In this document: positions 1-10,281 of the stretch, in pieces
Layout of the letters: each line of letters begins with the position of its first letter
Numbering within the stretch: the stretch's first letter is position 1
Assembly (NCBI GenBank): GCA_021108075.1
Contig: JAIORP010000168.1
Coordinates: forward strand, 2,649-66,648
Reading direction: 5' to 3'
Origin: Candidatus Omnitrophota bacterium
Lineage (GTDB): Bacteria > Omnitrophota > Gorgyraeia > Zapsychrales > Zapsychraceae
DNA length: 64,000 nucleotides
Notes under the pieces: model-generated
What the model saw: the letters and a program-made list of their open reading frames with translations, nothing else
Told to the model about the DNA's origin: nothing
Database searches by the model: none
Made by a program: the position numbers and the translations under genes

Positions 1-1077
1 ATCCTTCAATTCTTTTGAGCGACGGTCCAGTGACGCCGTTGAAAGAGAAAGTTGAATCACGGCTGCACCGATGGATTCAGAGATACTCACGTTTGCAGCG
101 ACCATGGATTCCTGATCTTGCGTAACCTGTGATATGGAATTAATTTGATTAGCGACATTTTGTATGTTCTCCATCATTTCTCCTAAGCTGCGGCCGGCCT
201 CTTCACTCAATTGACCACCTTGAAGAACATATTGATTGTTGTCCTGCATCAATTGCTTGATTTCATTTGCTGATTCAGCACTCCGTTCGGCTAACTTACG
301 AACCTCATCAGCAACAACAGCAAAACCCTTGCCTTGCTCACCAGCCCGTGCGGCTTCAATAGCGGCATTTAACGCCAATAAATTCGTCTGGTCGGCAATA
401 TCTGTAATAAATGTTACAGCCTCTGTCACCTGTAGCGTTCCTTTTTCAATGGTCTTCATCGCCTCGACCATGGCATCCATTTTTTTTCCCGTAATTTCTG
501 CGCTCTGCTCAACAGATTTAACAAGTTCATTAACACTAGCTGAATTGGTTGCGTTGGATTGAATCGATTCAGATAAGTCTTTAAAAGACTCCCCCTGCAT
601 GGATACACCTTCAGAGATGCCCTGAGCTTTTAGTATGATTTCATTGTTGGATGAACCTGTCTTGGCTGATGATAAGTTTATCCGGGAGAATATATCATCA
701 ATTTCACTTAAAAACGAATTAAACATCCGGGCAATATCTCTAAACGAACCAGACGATGATTCCGTTATTCTTTGCTGCAATGCGCGCTCGCCCGAGGTCA
801 AATTCATAAGCAGACGCTTCAACTCTACCAGGCCTCTTGACAGCCCACCGCCCCCTTTCAATCCAACAAAAGCTATCAACAGGGCCAAAGCAAACCCACC
901 GATGTACACGAAAAATTTAGCCTGTTTCACCACTTTTATCAGTTGTTCTTGATCCGATGATACTTGCAGGATTTGATTGAGCGAATGAGACAAAGAAAAA
1001 ATATAGGCAAGGCAAACAATTATAATAAAAGAAAAAATCCAAAAAGTTTTCGATCTAAAAACTGTTTTGAGTTCCAA
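1..1077 (-). CDS. Methyl-accepting chemotaxis protein, partial. The C-terminus lies beyond the window start. The N-terminus has two TM segments then a HAMP/signalling domain.
   Basis: The minus-strand translation contains the canonical MCP motif [41 protein letters not shown]. The frame is open from position 1 to a TTG at 1075-1077, preceded by an AAGGGGG Shine-Dalgarno. The ORF track omits it because there is no in-window stop. Confidence 0.8.
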   Translation of the reverse strand, partial: MELKTVFRSKTFWIFSFIIIVCLAYIFSLSHSLNQILQVSSDQEQLIKVVKQAKFFVYIGGFALALLIAFVGLKGGGGLSRGLVELKRLLMNLTSGERALQQRITESSSGSFRDIARMFNSFLSEIDDIFSRINLSSAKTGSSNNEIILKAQGISEGVSMQGESFKDLSESIQSNATNSASVNELVKSVEQSAEITGKKMDAMVEAMKTIEKGTLQVTEAVTFITDIADQTNLLALNAAIEAARAGEQGKGFAVVADEVRKLAERSAESANEIKQLMQDNNQYVLQGGQLSEEAGRSLGEMMENIQNVANQINSISQVTQDQESMVAANVSISESIGAAVIQLSLSTASLDRRSKELKD

Positions 1078-1185
1078 CCCATCCCCCTTAGAAAGATTGT
1101 TACAATATAGAATTTCTCAAAAAAATATACTATGAATTAATGATACAGATAAAATTTATTAAATAAAGAATTATTTATTATTTCT

Positions 1186-1218
1186 TCAAAATAAAAATCC
1201 CCAACGAAGTCCGGGGAA
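1186..1218 (-). terminator. Putative rho-independent terminator downstream of the 1252..2841 gene
   Basis: The minus-strand RNA would read CCCCGG-ACUUCG-UUGGGG followed by AUUUUUAUUUUG. This lies about 35 nt past the stop codon. Confidence 0.4.
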
Positions 1219-1251
1219 AGATGCATAACAGGCGCTCAGACGCGTCATTTC

Positions 1252-2841
1252 TCAGGGAAGAACCTGTTTATAATATCCATCGTCTTTGAATCCGAGATCG
1301 CGCGCCTTGATCGCGTCTAAATAAGCATGACGCATATCACCGACAAATCCATAGTGTTTTGAACGGAGGTAATACGCCTGGGCATCCAGGGGATTAAATT
1401 GAATGCATTTTGTGTAGTCTTCAATCGCTTTATCGGGTTTTCCTAATTTTGAATACGTATTGGCCCGGTTGAAATACGCTTCGATAAAATGCGGGTCGAT
1501 CTGTAGACACAGGTTAAAGTCAGATAAAGCCAGGATTAAATCCATCTGCCGGACACCACGATTATTATAGGCGATGGCCCTTTCGGGGTTTGCCGCTATG
1601 ACCGAATCCCACAGCGTTAAGCTGTTCTTCCAGACCTGTGTCTGCAGGTATGTTAAAAACGATAAATAGACGAAAACGAACGCGAGGCCATTACAAACGG
1701 TCAGTATGCGTATGCCGCCTTTTTTTCTGGCCGCGTCAAACATGTGATGAAAAGCCGATCCGATCAGCAAACAATATCCCAGGCTGGGTAGATACATAAA
1801 CCGGTCTTCAATCGAGTAAAACGGCTCTGCGCCCGGGCTGTGTACCTGAACCCTGCGCAAAACAAAAAATATGGACAGGATAAAGTAAAGATTCGCGAAA
1901 AGATAGACTTTATTCCTACGAAAGCGCACCATGCTGGCGACCCATAACACAAAGACAATCAAGGATAAAAAATACATGGGACCGGACAGGGTAAAAGGCC
2001 GGGGGATGTCATAGAACATCGTGTACGAAAGCGGAACAAAAAATTTCCAAAGATAAAACATCGTAATCCAAACGACTTTTACAATTTCATTGATAATATT
2101 GGTGCTGTAGGCCACCTGTTCCATATTCTTCAACGTCATCCAGGTGACAGGAATGAGCATGAGAAAAAGTGGTCCCTTTTCAACAATCACTCTCCATGTG
2201 AATTTTCGTCCCTTGAACCAATCACACAGGTAAAAAACAAGCGGCAGACTGATGGCCATGGGTTTCGATAAAAAACTCAAACAGCCTATTAAAACAGCAG
2301 TATAAAAAAAAGCCTTTTTTTGACGATGAGTGTATATCAAATAACAATTTAATGACAGCATATAAAAAAAGGTATAGAGCACATCCTTTCGTTCTGTGAC
2401 CCAAGCGACAGACTCGACGTGCATCGGATGGATTCCAAAAATCAAAGCCGCCAGGGCAGCCACTTTTTGATTAAAGCCTAATTGGATGAAAAAATAAAAA
2501 ATAAGCCATACGACGGCAAGGTGCAGAATCAAGTTATTGAGGTGATAAAAAAACGGGTTCAATTGGAAAAAACGGTATTCAAACGCGAACGTTAAAATCG
2601 TTAAAGGACAATAAATTTTTAGTACCGGGGTCTTAAAGATCCGGATAATATTGTCAACGGTCAAAGAACGGACCAGGGGATTTCTCAACAAAATGACATC
2701 ATCATCCCAGTTCACAAAATCATTATACAACACAGACTGAAAAGATAAGAACGTGATAAAAACAATCGCGAAACTGCATAGGATGATTGACTTTAAGCCC
2801 GATCCCAATGACCAAATTTTATGATGTGACCGTTCTTCCAC
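1252..2841 (-). CDS. Polytopic membrane protein with C-terminal TPR repeats. It resembles a TMTC/PMT-like GT-C glycosyltransferase (DUF1736-type).
   Basis: 529 aa. About 11 predicted TM helices come first. An acidic loop motif NDFVNWDDDVIL follows TM1 (the DD/DE motif of PMT/TMTC/ArnT-type GT-C enzymes). The C-terminus carries three or more TPR repeats (AYNNRG..., AYFNRANTYSKLG..., AYYLRS...). Confidence 0.5.
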   Translation of the reverse strand: MEERSHHKIWSLGSGLKSIILCSFAIVFITFLSFQSVLYNDFVNWDDDVILLRNPLVRSLTVDNIIRIFKTPVLKIYCPLTILTFAFEYRFFQLNPFFYHLNNLILHLAVVWLIFYFFIQLGFNQKVAALAALIFGIHPMHVESVAWVTERKDVLYTFFYMLSLNCYLIYTHRQKKAFFYTAVLIGCLSFLSKPMAISLPLVFYLCDWFKGRKFTWRVIVEKGPLFLMLIPVTWMTLKNMEQVAYSTNIINEIVKVVWITMFYLWKFFVPLSYTMFYDIPRPFTLSGPMYFLSLIVFVLWVASMVRFRRNKVYLFANLYFILSIFFVLRRVQVHSPGAEPFYSIEDRFMYLPSLGYCLLIGSAFHHMFDAARKKGGIRILTVCNGLAFVFVYLSFLTYLQTQVWKNSLTLWDSVIAANPERAIAYNNRGVRQMDLILALSDFNLCLQIDPHFIEAYFNRANTYSKLGKPDKAIEDYTKCIQFNPLDAQAYYLRSKHYGFVGDMRHAYLDAIKARDLGFKDDGYYKQVLP

Positions 2842-2953
2842 GCCTGGTTCCCTTTGTGCTTTTTACAGAAGAGATCATAATATGTCGAGTTAAAATCAAG
2901 TACATCTAAACCGCAAACATATGGTTTTATATGATACCGCAAAAACATCAATA

Positions 2954-3035
2954 ATACCAATTCCATTAAATAATGACCAAAACCAATTCTGCTTTTCAGA
3001 ATTAAAATAGAACAATTTATTAATGGATTTGGTAT
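2954..3035 (+). repeat. MITE-like element, short form, copy A. It is 78 bp of element plus flanking TA dinucleotides.
   Basis: ATACCAATTCCATTAAATAATGACCAAAACCAATTCTGCTTTTCAGAATTAAAATAGAACAATTTATTAATGGATTTGGTAT. It has imperfect terminal inverted repeats and a central hairpin AATTCTG-CTTTT-CAGAATT. Near-identical copies lie at 14478, 45874, 47947, 61592 and 63648. Confidence 0.8.
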
Positions 3036-3126
3036 AATCATTTTTTAAACGAATTCCATCATGATGTCAATCTATTTCCTTATTTCAAAAGAGATAAAGA
3101 GATATCAATCGGCGCTTGAGGCGCAC

Positions 3127-3161
3127 CAAAAAAAGCGCCACAGACCGAAATCTGTGACGCT
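3127..3161 (-). terminator. Rho-independent terminator downstream of mscS
   Basis: The stem is GCGTCACAGA/TCTGTGGCGC with loop UUUCGG. On the minus strand it is followed by UUUUUUU (plus-strand A7 at 3128-3134). It lies 20 nt past the stop at 3182. Confidence 0.55.
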
Positions 3162-3181
3162 TTCATATTAAAAAACATAAA

Positions 3182-4045
3182 CTAAACGGTGGCTGCCCCG
3201 ACCGATGATTGCTGCTGTGATGAACCCGTTGGATAAACATGAATGTCCTGTTGTGGATATGGAATAGAAAGCCCTTGTTTTTCTAAAGCCTCTTTGCCTT
3301 TTTCGGTAAGGTCAAAATAAACCCCCCAATAATCAGCAGGCTTAACCCATGGCCGGCACACGAGATTGACACTGCTATCTCCTAATTCAGAAACAGCCAC
3401 AAGCGGTTCCGGATCCTTCAAAACCCGTGGGTCTGATTGGACAAGTTTCATTAAAATTTGCTTGGCTTTTTTCATGTCGTCATCATAAGAAATACCAAAA
3501 ACCATATCAACCCGTCTCTGATCAATCGCGGAAAAATTGGTAATGGTATCACCGGCAACCTTAGAATTTGGAACAATAATTTTCCGGTTGTCCGGAGAGG
3601 CCAGCACCGTGTTAAAAATCTGGATCTCTTTGACAGATCCCATGACTCCGCCGCCTTCAATAAAATCTCCGACCTTAAAAGGTCTGAACAGAATCAGCAT
3701 CACGCCGGCGGCAAAATTTGAAAGTGTGCCCTGCAAAGCCATACCCACAGCTAAACCGGCCGCGCCTAAAATAGCGATAAATGACGTCGTTTGAACGCCC
3801 AACTTGCCGACAGCGGCGATCATCGTAAAAACAAGAATACCGGCGTAAATGATGTTCTTGGTGAACCCGGTTAAAGCGCTGTCCACTTTAGCCTTATCCA
3901 TCACTTTGGCAATGGTTTTTGCAACAAGACCTGCTATCCATTTTCCGACAATATAGATAAAGATAGCGGCTACGAGATTGAGTAAGAATGGAACGCCTAC
4001 ATCAATAATTTTATCAATAATTCCCTGTAGTTCTGAAGATGACAT
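3182..4045 (-). CDS. mscS: Small-conductance mechanosensitive channel (MscS family)
   Basis: 287 aa. It has three N-terminal TM helices and a conserved pore helix region (GAAGLAVGMALQGTLSNFAAGVMLILFRPFKVGDFI). The C-terminal beta/alpha-beta domains are typical of MscS/YbdG. Confidence 0.85.
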   Translation of the reverse strand: MSSSELQGIIDKIIDVGVPFLLNLVAAIFIYIVGKWIAGLVAKTIAKVMDKAKVDSALTGFTKNIIYAGILVFTMIAAVGKLGVQTTSFIAILGAAGLAVGMALQGTLSNFAAGVMLILFRPFKVGDFIEGGGVMGSVKEIQIFNTVLASPDNRKIIVPNSKVAGDTITNFSAIDQRRVDMVFGISYDDDMKKAKQILMKLVQSDPRVLKDPEPLVAVSELGDSSVNLVCRPWVKPADYWGVYFDLTEKGKEALEKQGLSIPYPQQDIHVYPTGSSQQQSSVGAATV

Positions 4046-4230
4046 AAAATCTCCTCTATTATGATTGGTTAGTATTTATCGGTTAAATTTGAAAATATGC
4101 CGCGCTCATTTTCAAATAGAAATAAAATTTTTGTTAAACGTATCCATTAATATAATCGCCTCGCGATGAAAACTCAAGCTTTTTTAAATCACGCTGGCTG
4201 AGGCAGTTACGATCGAATAAAAAGATTGTC

Positions 4231-4259
4231 TTGACATTGCAGTTTAATTTGTTTATTTT
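4231..4259 (+). promoter_or_regulatory. Candidate sigma70-like promoter for the DUF481 gene
   Basis: TTGACA at 4231-4236, a 17-nt spacer, then TATTTT at 4254-4259. A strong Shine-Dalgarno AAAGGAAGG precedes the ATG at 4313. Confidence 0.3.
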
Positions 4260-4312
4260 GGTTGTCAATAGTTTAAATCTTTTATTATCCTATCCAATGA
4301 AAGGAAGGTCGT

Positions 4313-5053
4313 ATGTATACATTGAAAACCAAATCAAGCATCACAACCCTTGTTTTATTGTCGTTCCTGATCGCATTACCTAACATTGTTTCTGCGGCTG
4401 AAGGCTGGAAAGGTGATATTGGGGTCGGGTACAATCAATCCAACGGCAACACGGAGAAATCATCTTTGAGCGTGGCCGGTCACGTCAAAAGAATTTTTGA
4501 GCACTCCGATTTCATGCTGAAGGGTGACATCTACATGTCTACGACAGACGAACGCTTAGATGATCAAAAATGGTCGGGATTAGCATCATCGAATTTTGAC
4601 ATCGATGATGCCGGCAAGTGGTTTACATCCTTTGGTGTCTTAATCGACCACGACCGTTTTGCTGATATTGATGTCCGCATCACACCATCGGCAGGTATCG
4701 GTTATTGGTTTTTAGACGAAGATGATATCAAATTAAACGTTGAAGGCGCGCTCGGTTATGAATCCACCAGTTACCGTAGCGGGATCCCGGATGAGGACGG
4801 CGTAGTCGCGCTCGGTAAAGTCTTCTTTGAAAAACAAATTTTTGAAAAAGCCAGGATCGCAGAACACATAACTGTTATTCCTTCTCTTGAAGGCGGCGGT
4901 TTCCGCGTTAAATCTGAGACCGAGTTTACGAATCCTTTGCGTGATGATTTAGACCTCAGCGTTAAATATGTCGTTGACCACAACAGCGAACCTGCTGCGG
5001 GTAAAAAGAAAACAGACACACGGATCGTAACAGGCGTCAAATACTCGTTCTGA
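4313..5053 (+). CDS. Outer-membrane beta-barrel protein of the DUF481 (YdiY-like) family
   Basis: 246 aa. It has a cleavable signal peptide (LLSFLIALPNIVSA-AEG). Alternating amphipathic beta-strand pattern, C-terminal residues YSF (a terminal aromatic), and length are typical of DUF481 proteins. Confidence 0.65.
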   Translation: MYTLKTKSSITTLVLLSFLIALPNIVSAAEGWKGDIGVGYNQSNGNTEKSSLSVAGHVKRIFEHSDFMLKGDIYMSTTDERLDDQKWSGLASSNFDIDDAGKWFTSFGVLIDHDRFADIDVRITPSAGIGYWFLDEDDIKLNVEGALGYESTSYRSGIPDEDGVVALGKVFFEKQIFEKARIAEHITVIPSLEGGGFRVKSETEFTNPLRDDLDLSVKYVVDHNSEPAAGKKKTDTRIVTGVKYSF

Positions 5054-5078
5054 GTCTTTTTTTTCTATTCTAATCTAT
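5054..5078. terminator. T-rich tract with a weak stem between convergent genes. It may act as a bidirectional terminator.
   Basis: ACTC-GTTCT-GAGT followed by CTTTTTTTTC immediately after the stop of 4313..5053. The stop of the convergent 1647-aa gene is at 5079. Confidence 0.25.
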
Positions 5079-8000
5079 CTATTTCAAACTTAATATCTTC
5101 GGCAATTGATTATTATCCGGTTCATCTCGTTCTAACCCGATCAACGGCAAAACACTATTCAGAGGAAAAACATTAATGATGACCGGCGAGAAACCGTCGA
5201 TAGGCCCGGCGCTCATAATCTCCTGTATGCGTTTCTGGTCAAATTCAATGGTGATCGCATTGCCTGTGCTTTCAAAATCAATCTCATTAAAATCAATACC
5301 ACCAAGGGAATCATCTGTCAATTGAGCCAAATCTGTTGTCAGTTCTCCACCCCGCAGTTCTGCTTCGGCTTTAGAAACCTGGAGATCAATGATGTCATCA
5401 ATCTCCGCTTGATAATTATTTAAGCGCTGAATGAATCCCTCTTGATCCCTGAGTTCGCCCAGATAACCATTTGAAAAATTACTCCCGTAGCGGGCATCAA
5501 GATCCCTGAAGACTTCATCCAACATCCCTTGCCGTTGGGCATTGGTCAGCCGTGTCAAATCGAAAAATTGCATATAGGACCGTAACCGGGCTGTTTTATA
5601 CACAGACGAAGCCGAATAAACCTGGGCATTGTATTTTGCGGCTAATGCTGAACCGATCATCCCGCCCCAACGGACCGAATCGCCCCAATCGCCGCTGATG
5701 ATAAAAGGTTTGCCATATAGTTTGGAAACTTTAGCCATAAACCAGGTCACTTCAAACAAACGTGGTTGCGGTTCATCAAATAAATGACTATAACGGCTGT
5801 CAAACCTCGAAACATCTGGAAAGTCATTCTTAAACAGAGAATTCAACATGTCGTTCGTCCCGATAGCGATAAAATCTGATTTCTCGACCATCTCTTCATA
5901 ATGCTCGAGCTGGCCCACTTCCTCAACATAAAAACCGATCTTAACAGTATCAAATAGCTGCATCAATTTCCTGATAAAATCCTTCTGCCCTCGATTGAAC
6001 ACCGCCAATTCACCCTGTTTTTGAGATAATGCGTCCCTCGTGTTAGCGAGTGCCGTTTGCTCATCTGCTGACAATTCATCCTGCCCCTCAAAATCAGCAA
6101 TTCTTTGTTCGAGGACGGTAACATCACCCCCTCGCTTTCTTTGCTCTTCAGTAAGGATATCGTCAGCCGCTTTGAGTTTAGCCTCCACGATCATATTCAA
6201 AACGTCATCAACCGTCATAACACCTTTGATATTGCGCATATTCGGAAACGTAACGCCCAATCGTTTATTATCCGCGTGATGATACGCCTTAAATAAAGCG
6301 CGTAATTGTCGTTGACCATATTCATAAAATGGGCGTTGCCCGTTTTCATCCATATAGAAATAAAAAGAAACACCATTAAAGTCCCGCAGGATCGTCTTTT
6401 GGAGTTGATCCCGCTTTTCTTTGCTCTGGTCGCGCTCTATCCTGTCGAGGTATTGCTCCAGAATGATGGGTATTTTCTCACCGGCCACATCGTCCAAACG
6501 GGGCATCCATAAGCCACGCACATCACTCGCTTCGGTCTCACTAAAGATAGACGCATTTAAATAATCGGTAAATTGCTTTACCATTTGCCCCTCTTCGCTC
6601 CAGAGTTTGTTGTTATAAGGATTGCTGAATAACAATTCGAGGCGATGCAGGCCAACTCCTGACGCCGCCACTTTTGCCATGCCTCTTTCGATATCGGATT
6701 CCGCCTTGGCACCAATACTCACCAAACTGTGATAATGCTGGCCGCCTACTTCAAACGGTTTTGTCGCGGCAGAGAAAAAATATTCCTGTTTGCGATCCAG
6801 GTCCTCTCTTGTTTGATAGGCTTTCAAGCGCGTAGGAAGTTTGGGACGAACAGTGACGTCCCCAACACCTTTTGAAGAACCCTGAACAATAACAAAATCA
6901 CCTTCTTTGACATTAGCCGCATTAATCTCATTCACGCCCGAGACGGAGAGCGGAAACTGATTAATCGCATGAGGAGAGCGGCCCTGTTCAACAAAAGCAA
7001 CGATACGCCCATAACGCTGATTCAATGATCCGACCTCATTCGGTGTCAAAACGTCAATAGCCGGATCCACAAAGACAACCACCGCGTCTTCTTCTAATTT
7101 TTCGGCATCATCATCGGCTAAATTCTGAGAAAAAAGCATGACAAAATCAAAAATATTCTCAATCAATTGACTTTGAGCAACTTGATCATCCAGGCGCGGA
7201 ACATTCAACAGATCTTTCGCCTGTCCATATAAAGTCTCATCATGATATATCGCCAGGAAGTCCGCGACGCTACTTTCTGTATCCAAGCCTGTCGTCTGGA
7301 TATGCTCCTTTACAAAGGAAAAAAATCCATCCAGAAAGGCCTTTAAGGTTTCATTCCGGTTAATTAATACGGTGACAGCCGCGTCAGAAAGTTCTGGTGC
7401 TTTTAACAATATTTCGTAATCCGGGTCAAATAGTTTATTTTGACTTTTGAGTCTTTTGCGTATGAATTCGAGCATGAAAAGATACCGTGTCTTCTCAAAA
7501 GCTGAATTGAAACGGCGAACTTCCAAATTCTTTTTACTCTTCTGTATTTCTAAAGGATCAGCATAGGAGGTCACATAAGATTGGCTGTCCAACCGCCCTT
7601 TAACAAAAGTAAAAGATTGATAATTCTCAGCAATCGCCTCGATGTTTCTGTTCCAATTCCCCGAGTCTCTCATCATGGTAAAAAACTGCTGCATTTTCTC
7701 CTCTGTTCGCTGAAGGACATCATGGGCCACCAAATCTTCTCCGGCATCATCGATCTGCTTTAAAGGTTTACCTAAAAAATCTATCATAAAAAATGTCTCT
7801 TGGGTTCCAGCGATACCTTGATCATCATCAATTTCGACATTCAATACAGCCAGACGCTTTTCAATCATTTCCATCCTGTGGCGTGTTCTTGTGATGAGTT
7901 TGTTGTCGCGTGCTTCAGCGGTCTTGGCGAGTTCATCCTGGAGCAGTTGCTGGTCCAATAAATACTCACGGACCAGTTCCCGGTATTCATGGACTTTTAA

Positions 8001-10022
8001 CATCGCGAACGGATGTGTCAAAATCGTGGCCCAGGAACTGCGCAACAGCTTAAAACGTTCATGGCTGTTTTTATCTTCTCCAAACAGCGCGTCACTGTCC
8101 ATAAAGTGGGAGCGTTCCATGACAAGCGCGGGGATATAATCATCCAACAGTTCTTTTTTCAGTTCGTTGATAAAATCATCATCAATCTGTTGCTCGCCCA
8201 ATACTAAATTCTCACGAAAATCCACATTCTCTAAACGCACCAGCTCGTGCACAATACGATAACCAAAAACCATACGCTTTTCGATTTGGTCGACAAGATA
8301 GGACCGGACAACTTGAATCGTGTTTGCGTATTCAGGATGGTCTTTCAATTTTGATACACGTTCAAAAACCTTCTCAAACGTTTCGACCACATGCTGTTGT
8401 TCATGTTCGACTTTTTGATCACGGATCGATTCATTATCTATCGGGGCGACAAGCGGGTAGGTGTACTGCACATCTTCGCGTTCAAAAAATGTGGCCCGCC
8501 CCATTCCGATGCTTTCTAAACCGTTTGATTTACCTGGCAATTTCGTTTGGTCCTGACCAAGATATTCATTACCCGCGATCAAATAACCAGGGGTGTTAAT
8601 GAGAAAAGTCTCGATCACCTCGACATCAACCGTCATGCCTTCCGCTTTTAATCTTTCCACCAGGGCTGCCGCCATTTCAGATGAAGAAATAACTTGATCT
8701 CTCTTCCAACGCTTTTCTTTCCGGACAGACTCAAACAGGTGATCAATCAGTTCTATTTCCCGCAAAGGCAAAGACGCGGTATCCTCGGTTAACATCGCGG
8801 CATCACCTTCCTTGCGCGGGTAAGCGCCTATTTCAAGCACAAACCGGCGTCCCACGGCACTCCGGTCAACCAGCATCGCGTCATCAATCGATTCAAACTC
8901 AACATTCATCAATTGGGTGATCCCGCCGGAGAAATATTTACGCGGCACAACTTCTTGGGCGTACTGATCATACTCTTCTTTGACATAATCGAAAACACCG
9001 ATATTATAAGCCTTAATGTACTGCTCATAAATACGGTCTTTCAATTCCGGATCATCCGCATCGACGCCTAAAATTTTATTTTGATCGACATAAAGTTGTG
9101 ACAATAAACTGTTCGTAACAGTCACTTTGTACCACTTCGCTAATATCAATGAATGGAAAATCTGGCGCAACACTGCAAAATTCTGACCGGTATTGATTTC
9201 TTTCTCGATTTCCGGAATGACAAGATCGCGGACAATGGACGCCGATAATTGACTGATACCCTGCTCTTCTGCTTGGTCCGTCCTGTCCGTTCCCAAGCGA
9301 TTGTTGTCGGCCTCTTGTTGCCACGCGATATAGTCTTCATCCAGCATCACCTTTAAACGGGTCCGCACAATAAAAACACTCAAATCTTTTTCAAAGATTT
9401 GCGCCTGGTCAGGAAGGATCCAAACTTTGTTGAACATATTGATCGGCAACTCCGTCAAACCGTATTTTTCATAGGCCAGTTGATAGACCTTCTGCCAGAA
9501 TTCACGGCCGAGATCTTTCTCCGGATAAATTAAAGAAGAAGTGAGTTGTTTAAGTTGATAATCCTGGGCGAGCAGGTCTTGCCCCAACTCGGTTTTTCCT
9601 AAAACCGGGGTAATGATGCGGTCACTTTCATAGGGCGATAAATTCACCCACAAATCATCTTTTGGAATGGTCAAAGCAGACATAAAGTAATGCACGAGTT
9701 TCTGCGATTCCTCTTTGATTTGCCCGGCATCCAGTTGGTTGTAGCCGCTGTCCACGATAAAGTCAAAACGCAAAGGGTCATCTTTATGAAGCGTGATCCC
9801 TGACAACAAAACCGGAACAAAATCTTGACTCGGCCCGATCATTTCACCGGGTGGAACTAAGTTTCGAATAATCTCGTTTCCAATAGCAACATCCGCTGGA
9901 ATAAATAATGGAAAAATAAGAGTTAATACGTACGAAAATACGACAGAAACGCGCAGTATTTTTTTCATGATATGGTTATCCTTCTTGTAGGGATTAAAAA
10001 ATAGACATAACAATATTAACAT
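5079..10022 (-). CDS. Giant (1647 aa) protein with an N-terminal signal anchor and an N-terminal region of about 1000 aa of unknown function. The C-terminal part carries a PEP-utilizing-enzyme phosphohistidine-like domain and a TIM-barrel domain (Enzyme I/PpsA/PPDK superfamily).
   Basis: The N-terminus is MKKILRVSVVFSYVLTLIFPLFIPA. The C-terminal third contains EQGRSPHAINQFPLSVSGV (compare EGGRTSHAAIIARELGIPAVVG). It contains GVGLHRLELLF (compare GIGLFRTEFLF). It contains FIAIGTNDMLNSLF (compare FSIGTNDLTQY). It contains PFIISGDWGD (compare the CGE motif, with Cys replaced by Ser). Confidence 0.6.
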   Translation of the reverse strand: MLILLCLFFNPYKKDNHIMKKILRVSVVFSYVLTLIFPLFIPADVAIGNEIIRNLVPPGEMIGPSQDFVPVLLSGITLHKDDPLRFDFIVDSGYNQLDAGQIKEESQKLVHYFMSALTIPKDDLWVNLSPYESDRIITPVLGKTELGQDLLAQDYQLKQLTSSLIYPEKDLGREFWQKVYQLAYEKYGLTELPINMFNKVWILPDQAQIFEKDLSVFIVRTRLKVMLDEDYIAWQQEADNNRLGTDRTDQAEEQGISQLSASIVRDLVIPEIEKEINTGQNFAVLRQIFHSLILAKWYKVTVTNSLLSQLYVDQNKILGVDADDPELKDRIYEQYIKAYNIGVFDYVKEEYDQYAQEVVPRKYFSGGITQLMNVEFESIDDAMLVDRSAVGRRFVLEIGAYPRKEGDAAMLTEDTASLPLREIELIDHLFESVRKEKRWKRDQVISSSEMAAALVERLKAEGMTVDVEVIETFLINTPGYLIAGNEYLGQDQTKLPGKSNGLESIGMGRATFFEREDVQYTYPLVAPIDNESIRDQKVEHEQQHVVETFEKVFERVSKLKDHPEYANTIQVVRSYLVDQIEKRMVFGYRIVHELVRLENVDFRENLVLGEQQIDDDFINELKKELLDDYIPALVMERSHFMDSDALFGEDKNSHERFKLLRSSWATILTHPFAMLKVHEYRELVREYLLDQQLLQDELAKTAEARDNKLITRTRHRMEMIEKRLAVLNVEIDDDQGIAGTQETFFMIDFLGKPLKQIDDAGEDLVAHDVLQRTEEKMQQFFTMMRDSGNWNRNIEAIAENYQSFTFVKGRLDSQSYVTSYADPLEIQKSKKNLEVRRFNSAFEKTRYLFMLEFIRKRLKSQNKLFDPDYEILLKAPELSDAAVTVLINRNETLKAFLDGFFSFVKEHIQTTGLDTESSVADFLAIYHDETLYGQAKDLLNVPRLDDQVAQSQLIENIFDFVMLFSQNLADDDAEKLEEDAVVVFVDPAIDVLTPNEVGSLNQRYGRIVAFVEQGRSPHAINQFPLSVSGVNEINAANVKEGDFVIVQGSSKGVGDVTVRPKLPTRLKAYQTREDLDRKQEYFFSAATKPFEVGGQHYHSLVSIGAKAESDIERGMAKVAASGVGLHRLELLFSNPYNNKLWSEEGQMVKQFTDYLNASIFSETEASDVRGLWMPRLDDVAGEKIPIILEQYLDRIERDQSKEKRDQLQKTILRDFNGVSFYFYMDENGQRPFYEYGQRQLRALFKAYHHADNKRLGVTFPNMRNIKGVMTVDDVLNMIVEAKLKAADDILTEEQRKRGGDVTVLEQRIADFEGQDELSADEQTALANTRDALSQKQGELAVFNRGQKDFIRKLMQLFDTVKIGFYVEEVGQLEHYEEMVEKSDFIAIGTNDMLNSLFKNDFPDVSRFDSRYSHLFDEPQPRLFEVTWFMAKVSKLYGKPFIISGDWGDSVRWGGMIGSALAAKYNAQVYSASSVYKTARLRSYMQFFDLTRLTNAQRQGMLDEVFRDLDARYGSNFSNGYLGELRDQEGFIQRLNNYQAEIDDIIDLQVSKAEAELRGGELTTDLAQLTDDSLGGIDFNEIDFESTGNAITIEFDQKRIQEIMSAGPIDGFSPVIINVFPLNSVLPLIGLERDEPDNNQLPKILSLK

Positions 10023-10198
10023 ATTTATTTGTAACAGTCGAACTTATATGGCAGACCCGACAACAATCAGCGGCACAATTTGTAAATCATTTAAATAGAA
10101 TAGTTTAAAAAAACGGACACATACCAAAAATACATGTATTCGGTGAACCCCAAAAAAAAATCAAATGGGTCCATTTGTATTTAGGGTGAAAAAAATAT

Positions 10199-10271
10199 CC
10201 GGTTTTGGTCATTATTTAATGGAGTGGATTCCTCTGAGCTCTGCTCCAAGGAAATTCACTGGAACTGGTAT
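10199..10271 (-). repeat. Truncated or interrupted copy of the MITE-like element (one terminal arm)
   Basis: GGTTTTGGTCATTATTTAATGGA ... ACTGGTAT matches the right arm of the element. An extra 36-bp segment lies between TGGA direct repeats. Confidence 0.45.
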
Positions 10272-10281
10272 TATTATTTTT

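Noticed and set aside
236-952. Plus-strand ORFs 236..562 and 635..952
   Set aside because: They lie antisense to the clearly recognisable MCP gene, whose [22 protein letters not shown] motif is on the minus strand. They are low-complexity Ser/Ala-rich translations typical of antisense frames.
2793-3041. ORFs 2793..3041, 14431..14625, 47866..48135 and 61439..61852, which share the peptides IPNPLINCSILILKSR.. or IPIPLNNDQNQFCFSRR..
   Set aside because: These are translations of the MITE-like repeat in its two stop-free frames, not a protein family. They recur wherever a repeat copy sits.
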